DNA of 64,000 nt from Macrostomum lignano (Eukaryota). The translations under genes and the position numbers were made by a program. Of the stretch, positions 56,761 to 64,000 are shown in pieces. The notes below the pieces were generated by a model, which saw only the letters and a list, made by a program, of their open reading frames with translations, was not told the origin of the DNA and ran no database searches. The stretch covers positions 248,001 through 312,000 of the forward strand of contig NIVC01000380.1 of assembly GCA_002269645.1 (NCBI GenBank). Direction: 5' to 3'. Numbering within the stretch: position 1 is the first letter of the stretch; every line of letters begins with the position of its first letter.

Positions 56761-57464
56761 TTCTTCCACATGACTTGCTTTTTTTGTCTGACATTTAATT
56801 AAAGCTTCTCAGTGGCTGACGCATTGCTTACACTTCATCCGCAATCACACCTGAAGCTTCAGTTACAGTAGGCCCTGTTTTTACCTGTTCTGTGTGACCC
56901 ATTAACAGCTAACTAAGCTGGTTTTTTTGTAGACATGTACAGCTTTGTTAACCAATCATTTGTTCATTATCGTCATCAATGGCGTTTTTTAATTCAAATA
57001 GATGCAGATTTACATTTTGATGTTTTTCATCACACGCTGTCAATATTTTTGGAACATGATTATTTAGTGGCAGTCGGAATTGTGATCGAATAGAATTGAA
57101 TTCACAAATTTCTCCTAGCATAGCTATTTTTCTGTTGTCGATGAATTTAACTTTTTTTCCGAATTAATAGAAAAAAGCACAAGGAACTACTACTCGTAGT
57201 AAGGCTGGTTTGACAGTGCATAATGAACTTTAGTAGCGCATGTACTTTAAAGTTTTAAAGGTATTTTCGTGTTTTTTCTCTGAAAAAATAAAATATTGTA
57301 CAAAGCGTCCTCATTCGAACGAATCCCCAATCGAACTGAATTTCAACTGTTTGTTTTCGGGTTATTTTTTCTTACTAATACCGTTCCTACCGTCTGTTCC
57401 GCTCCCTAACAACCATTTTCGGGCACTACTACTTATTACAAATGGACAGTAGGGAAAGGAAATT

Positions 57465-58510
57465 GATGGTAAGGATCAGAAATAGGTGGTAGAGAGCGGA
57501 AATGGAGGGATATGGTAGGGAGCGGAAATGGAGGGATATGGTAGGGAGCGGAAATGCAGGGATATGGTAGGGAGCGGAAATGGAGGGATATGGTAGAGAG
57601 CGGAAATGGAGGGATATGGTAGGGAGCGGAAATGATGGGATATGGTAGGGAGCGGAAATGCAGGGATATGGTAGGGAACGGAAATGCAGGGATATGGTAG
57701 GGAACGGAAATGCAGGGATATGGTAGGGAACGGAAATGGAGGGATATGGTAGGGAGCGGAAATGCAGGGATATGGTAGGGAGCGGAAATGGAGGGATATG
57801 GTAGGGAGCGGAAATGATGGGATATGGTAGGGAGCGGAAATGGAGGGATATGGTAGGGAGCGGAAATGGAGGGATATGGTAGGGAGCGGAAATGATGGGA
57901 TATGGTAGGGAGCGGAAATGGAGGGATATGGTAGGGAACGGAAATGCAGGGATATGGTAGGGAACGGAAATGGAGGGATATGGTAGGGAGCGGAAATGCA
58001 GGGATATGGTAGGGAGCGGAAATGGAGGGATATGGTAGGGAGCGGAAATGAAGGGATATGGTAGGGAGAGGAAATGGAGGGATATGGTAGGGAGAGGAAA
58101 TGGAGGGATATGGTAGGGAGAGGAAATGGAGGGATATGGTAGGGAGAGGAAATGGAGGGATATGGTAGGGAGAGGAAATGGAGGGATATGGTAGGGAGAG
58201 GAAATGGAGGGATATGGTAGGGAGAGGAAATGCAGGGATATGGTAGGGAGCGGAAATGGAGGGATATGGTAGGGAGAGGAAATGCAGGGATATGGTAGGG
58301 AGAGGAAATGCAGGGATATGGTAGGGAGAGGAAATGCAGGGATATGGTAGGGAGAGGAAATGGAGGGATATGGTAGGGAGAGGCAATGGAGGGATATGGT
58401 AGGGAGAGGAAATGGAGGGATATGGTAGGGAGAGGAAATGCAGGGATATGGTAGGGAGCGGAAATGGATGGTAAAAAGCGGAAATGGGTGGTAGGGAGCG
58501 GAAATGTTTG
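57465..58510. repeat. 26-bp minisatellite (cggaaatggagggatatggtagggag)
   Basis: About 38 units. Confidence 0.97.
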
Positions 58511-59609
58511 GTAGGCAGCGGAAATGGGTCAGATGTTACGGAGAGTGGAAATGTACCTTCTTCGTTCTTACAGAATGAAGTATAGAAACTATTGTAATGA
58601 TTGGCAAAGAAATATGAAACTAAAAATCACAAAAATTTCCAAAAATCAGCCACAATGAAGCGGAGATCTGAAACAGCAGCTTTACAAGTTAAGCCGCTTT
58701 TGCGCGTATGAATATCTGTTTATTTCCGTTAACCTTTAAAGATGGAAAACAAAGGATGAGAAACCACATTGTTTGCCAAAATAATTCGCTAGTTCTAGTT
58801 CGCTCATACGCTCAAACAAATACGTCATCGCCTTACAAGCTGATGAGAAAAGTTGCTCTTTTTTATTAAAATCGATAATGCTTTTATTTGTAAGAGTATT
58901 ACGCAGATACGTAGATTGGGTGAGACTAAATAAGATTAGATGGAATAACATAAGCTCACCTTATCTAATATAATATCATCCTATCTAACCCATCCTATCA
59001 CCTCATCTAATCTAATCCAATCTAATTTAACCTAATCTAATCTTAACTCATTGAATCTAACCCCATCTAGTCTCACTTCATCCAACATAATCCCGTCCAA
59101 TCTAATCTCATCTCATGTGATCTAATCCCATCTCCATATACTAAAATCCTATCTAACCTCATCAAATAGCATATGCATCTAGTCAATTAAAATGCACACA
59201 GGTGGAGTAACAGTTCAATTGATTGATTGATTGATTGATCTCCAAATTATTTGCAGCAGAAGTTTAAAAAATACGAAACTTACTGTCTAGCAAAAAGAAA
59301 AACATAATTGATTTTTTTATCGATTTGCGCATAATGTCAATTTCAGAAAGTTAAACGAAAGAAATAATAGTGATTACATGCTAAAACATTACAGATGAAA
59401 TTTGAAGCGAAAATGTACTTTAATTAATTAGTTTTTTGTGGGAAGCTGGCATTCATTATTTTTATTATCAATAAGGTCTTTTGATTTGACTGGGATCCTG
59501 AATATCACTGGATTTGAATTAAAAATATTCCCATAGATTAGGATATAAGAAAATAAACAGAGATTGGGATCATAGACTGGAAGCTTAAAATCCCATAAAT
59601 TAGAACTCT

Positions 59610-60172
59610 CGAAATCCCGCATTGATTTAAGATCCCAAATATCCCCATAGATTCAAGATCCCAAATATCCCCATAGATTTAAGATCCCAAATATCCCCAT
59701 AGATTTAAGATCCCAAAAATCCGCATAGATTCAAGATCCCAAAAATCCGCATAGATTCAAGATCCCAAAAATCCGCATAGATTCAAGATCCCAAAAATCC
59801 CCATAGATTTAAGATCCCAAAAATCCCCATAGATTTAAGATCCCAAAAATCCCCATAGATTTAAGATCCCAAAAATCCCCATAGGTTCAAGATCCCAAAT
59901 ATCCCCATAGATTTAAGATCCCAAATATCCCCATAGATTTAAGATCCCAAAAATCCCCATAGATTTAAGATCCCAAAAATCTGCATAGATTCAAGATCCC
60001 AAAAAAATCCGCATAGATTCAAGATCCCAAAAATCCCCATAGATTTAAGATCCCAAATATCCCCATAGATTTAAGATCCCAAAAAATCCGCATAGATTCA
60101 AGATCCCAAAAATCCCCATAGATTTAAGATCCCAAATATCCCCATAGATTTAAGATCCCAAATATCCCCAGA
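59610..60172. repeat. 26-bp minisatellite (gatcccaaaaatccccatagatttaa)
   Basis: About 21 units directly after the SLC20 stop codon. Confidence 0.97.
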
Positions 60173-60196
60173 CTGGGATCTTACAAGACCTTCAAA

Positions 60197-63100
60197 CTAA
60201 GCCGCAGCCTGGGGCCTGTAGAGCACAGCGCGCAGGAAGGCCATGATGCCGCCGCTGATGCCGCCGCTAATCGGCAGGGTGACCATCCAAGCCAGCAGGA
60301 TATTGCGGAATATTGACCACTGCACATTGTCCCGGCTGCGAAAGAAACCGACTAGCACTACACTGCCAACCTTGCAGTGCGTGGTGCTGATTGGGATGCC
60401 AATGTTCGAGGCGATTAACACGGCCAGAGCTGCGCCCAGTTCGATGCAGAAACCGCTGCGGAGTGAATTGGGATTTTTCTTTTTTGGGGGATTTGGGTCA
60501 ACTGCTGAAATCATTAGGCATATAAAAGTGCCGGAGTATAACAAATAAACTTACTGAATAAGTAGGATTCTGAATGAGTGAATCCATAACAGTGAAAGAG
60601 GGAATCCATGACAGTGAATGAGTGAATCCATAACAGTGAAAGAGGGAATCCATGACAGTAAATGAGTGAATTCATAACAGTGAACGAGTGAATCAATGAC
60701 AGTGAATGAGTGAATCCATGACAGTGAATGAGTGAATCCATGACAGTGAATGAGTGAATCCATGACAGTGAATGAGTGAATTAATAACAGTGAACGAGTG
60801 AATCCATGACAGTGAATGAGTGAATCCATGACAGTGAATGAGTGAATCCATGACAGTGAATGAGTGAATCCATGACAGTGAATGAGTGAATCCATGACAG
60901 TGAATGAGTGAATTCATAACAGTGAACGAGTGAATCCATGACAGTAAATGAGTGAATCCATGACAGTGAACGAGTGAATCCATGACAGTGAACGAGTGAA
61001 TCCATGACAGTTAACGAGTGAATCCATGACAGTTAACGAGTGAATCAATGACAGTGAACGAGTGAATCCATGACAGTGAACGAGTGAATACATGACAGTG
61101 AACGAGTGAATCAATGACAGTGAATGAGTGAATCCATGACAGTGAATGAGTGAATCCATGACAGTGAATGAGTGAATACATGACAGTGAACGAGTGAATC
61201 AATGACAGTGAATGAGTGAATCCATGACAGTTAACGAGTGAATCCATGACAGTTAACGAGTGAATCAATGACAGTGAACGAGTGAATCCATGACAGTGAA
61301 CGAGTGAATACATGACAGTGAACGAGTGAATCAATGACAGTGAATGAGTGAATCCATGACAGTGAATGAGTGAATCCATGACAGTGAATGAGTGAATACA
61401 TGACAGTGAACGAGTGAATCAATGACAGTGAATGAGTGAATCCATGACAGTGAATGAGTGAATCCATGACAGTAAATGAGTGAATCCATGACAGTGAACG
61501 AGTGAATACATGACAGTGAACGAGTGAATACATGACAGTGAACGAGTGAATCAATGACAGTGAACGAGTGAATCCATGACAGTGAACGAGTGAATACATG
61601 ACAGTGAACGAGTGAATCAATGACAGTGAAAGAGTGAATCAATGACAGTGAATGAGTGAATCCATGACAGTGAATGAGTGAATCCATGACAGTGAATGAG
61701 TGAATACATGACAGTGAACGAGTGAATCAATGACAGTGAATGAGTGAATCCATGACAGTGAATGAGTGAATCCATGACAGTAAATGAGTGAATCCATGAC
61801 AGTGAACGAGTGAATACATGACAGTGAACGAGTGAATACATGACAGTGAACGAGTGAATCAATGACAGTGAACGAGTGAATCCATGACAGTGAACGAGTG
61901 AATACATGACAGTGAACGAGTGAATCAATGACAGTGAACGAGTGAATACATGACAGTGAACGAGTGAATACATGACAGTGAACGAGTGAATACATGACAG
62001 TGAACGAGTGAATACATGACAGTGAACGAGTGAATCCATGACAGTGAACGAGTGAATCCAAGGCTTACCTAGACGGTGTAATAGTGGTCAAATCCTCGCC
62101 CAGCGTCTTGATGACGCGCCGGCCCCAGACCCACAGGCCGATACTGATACCGACGCCGCCAAACAGCAGAATGTGCACCGGGGTCATTGTCGGCTTGCTC
62201 AGAATGTCCAGCGTGGTGGCGATGCTCCACAGTCCGACCAGCGGCCCGATAGCGTTGCTGACGTCGTTGCCGCCGTGAGCGAAGGAGCCGAAGACGGCGG
62301 TGAGAATCTGCAGCCAGGCAAAGATGCGGCACTGCTCGGGCTGGTCGCGCATCTCCGGGACTTCCGCGCCTTCGGCTTCATCAGCGGATGCTGGGACCTC
62401 CTGGATTGGGAATCGAGTGAACTCAGCCACTCACTCTGTACTCAGCCTTCACTCACTGTGTGCTCAGCCTTCATCAATCACTCTAATCAGCCTTCACTCA
62501 CTCTGTAATCAGCCTTCACTCACTCTGTAACCAGCTTTCACTCACTCTGTACTCAGCCTGCACTTACTCTGTACTCAGCCTTCACTCACTCTGTAATCAG
62601 CCTTCACTCACTCTGTAACCAGCTTTCACTCACTCTGTACTCAGCCTTCACTTACTCTGTACTCAGCCTTCACTCACTCTGTAACCAGCTTTCACTCACT
62701 CTGTACTCAGCCTTCACTTACTCTGTAATCAGCCTTCACTCATCCCTTACTCGGCCTTCAATCATCCCTTACTCAACCTTCACTCACCTCTTCTCCGCCA
62801 TTTTCCCCGTCTTGTTTGAACGGCAATTTAATCAGGCTCTTTTTCTGCTTCCGTTTGCCGGCAGCAGACAGCACGGCAACTTTGGGATTGTCTTCATCAT
62901 TAGCAGCACCAGCACAAGTCAATACCTTCATCTTGTCTAGCGCCGCCGTAGAGTCGGTCAGTTCGTCTTCCTCCTCGGCGATTTTCTCCGGTATTCGATC
63001 GCCTAATCGACGCTCTCCGTTGCCGGCGGCCAGTTTGACGTCTTGATCTTCATCATCTTCGTTGGCATCGTCCAGCTGCCCGTTGGTCAGGCGTTGCATC

Positions 63101-63892
63101 TCTAATTCATTCATTTGGTCTGGGTTGAACAGGAAAAATTCAAATATATGCAAACATTCGAAAAAAGCGCGATCCTGTTCCAAGAAAATTCGTGATTCTA
63201 TTCCAAGAAAGTTGAAAAAACCGGTGATCCCATTCCAAGAAATCGGGGATCCCATTCCAAGAAACCGGTGATCCCATTCCAAGAAATCGGGGATCCCATT
63301 CCAAGAAACCGGTGATCCCATTCCAAGAAACCGGTGATCCCATTCCAAGAAAATTCGTGATTCTATTCCAAGAAAGTTGAAAAAACCGGTGATCCCATTA
63401 CAAGAAATCGGGGATCCCATTCCAAGAAACCGGTGATCCCATTCCAAGAAAATTCGTGATTCTATTCCAAGAAAGTTGAAAAAACCGGTGATCCCATTCC
63501 AAGAAACCGGGGATCCCATTCCAAGAAACCGGGGATCCCATTCCAAGAAACCGGGGATCCCATTCCAAGAAACCGGGGATCCCATTCCAAGAAAACTTGT
63601 GATCAAATTCTAAGAAAACTCGTGATCCCATTCCAAGAAACCGGTGATCCCATTCCAAGAAAACACGTGATCAAATTCTAAGAAAACTCGTGATCCCATT
63701 TCAATAATCCATTTGACGTATTTTCGATGCAAAAAAACATTTCTTAGCGAAAACGTCTGCGAAGATACTCACTTAAAATTCGTCTTCTCTGCCAGGGAAT
63801 GACGAACTGTTTGACAGCCACTGAGCAGATAATTCCCACAGTGTAAGCTATCACGATGGCGCCCCATAATGGAATCAGGTTGAATTTTAGCA
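60197..63892 (-). CDS. SLC20A1: SLC20/PiT Na-phosphate cotransporter, 3' exons 63892-63773, 63119-62788, 62400-62069, 60455-60197; 5' part outside the window
   Basis: [67 protein letters not shown] junctions keep the frame (phases 1, 0, 2). A1 versus A2 is not resolved. Confidence 0.93.
60572..62058. repeat. 22-bp intronic minisatellite (gagtgaatccatgacagtgaat)
   Basis: About 67 units. Confidence 0.97.
62425..62785. repeat. 22-bp intronic minisatellite (cactcactctgtactcagcctt)
   Basis: Direct observation. Confidence 0.95.
63180..63700. repeat. 22-bp intronic minisatellite (gggatcccattccaagaaaccg)
   Basis: Direct observation. Confidence 0.95.
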
Positions 63893-64000
63893 CTGAAAAA
63901 AACGGAATTCATGGGTATTTAATCTATTACTTTAATAAAGTGAGCTGACGTGCGACTCCTAATGAAGCTGGGGGCGATTCTTGATGAGGCTGGGGGCGAT

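Noticed and set aside
57436-58386. 316-aa Pro/His-rich ORF
   Set aside because: 26-bp minisatellite artefact.
55135-62058. CRISPR-like regular repeats
   Set aside because: Head-to-tail minisatellites with no unique spacers, eukaryotic context, no cas genes.

Overview
Eukaryotic (metazoan) genomic DNA. GT-AG introns stuffed with 19-63 bp minisatellites and the gene set suggest a free-living flatworm such as Macrostomum; this is an inference. Host genes: an intronless DXD glycosyltransferase (10765-11919 +), a 2-exon secreted Cys-rich protein (17107-17673 -), a 4-exon novel PKC of the epsilon/eta class (32361-38811 +), a 4-exon DLK/LZK-type MAP3K (48643-54656 +) and the 3' exons of an SLC20/PiT phosphate transporter (60197-63892 -). 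The first ~10 kb is the most unusual part. It holds an intact, intron-containing Crypton-type tyrosine recombinase gene (4924-6340 -) among many GTCTATGG/CCATAGAC motifs. An intact 3457-bp Chapaev-like, RAG1/Transib-related DDE transposon (6530-9986; 226-bp TIRs starting CAC, 4-bp TSD CTCT, 680-aa ORF) is inserted just upstream of that gene. Also present: three hAT-type non-autonomous elements with 8-bp TSDs, a decayed APE-RT-RNase H LINE, and relics of THAP/P-element, Tc1 and RTE elements. A ~3.4-kb domain (45210-48640) is almost free of CpG, and an old element copy inside it shows one-directional C>T/G>A hypermutation. The PKC gene has no in-frame ATG and may take its start codon from a trans-spliced leader.
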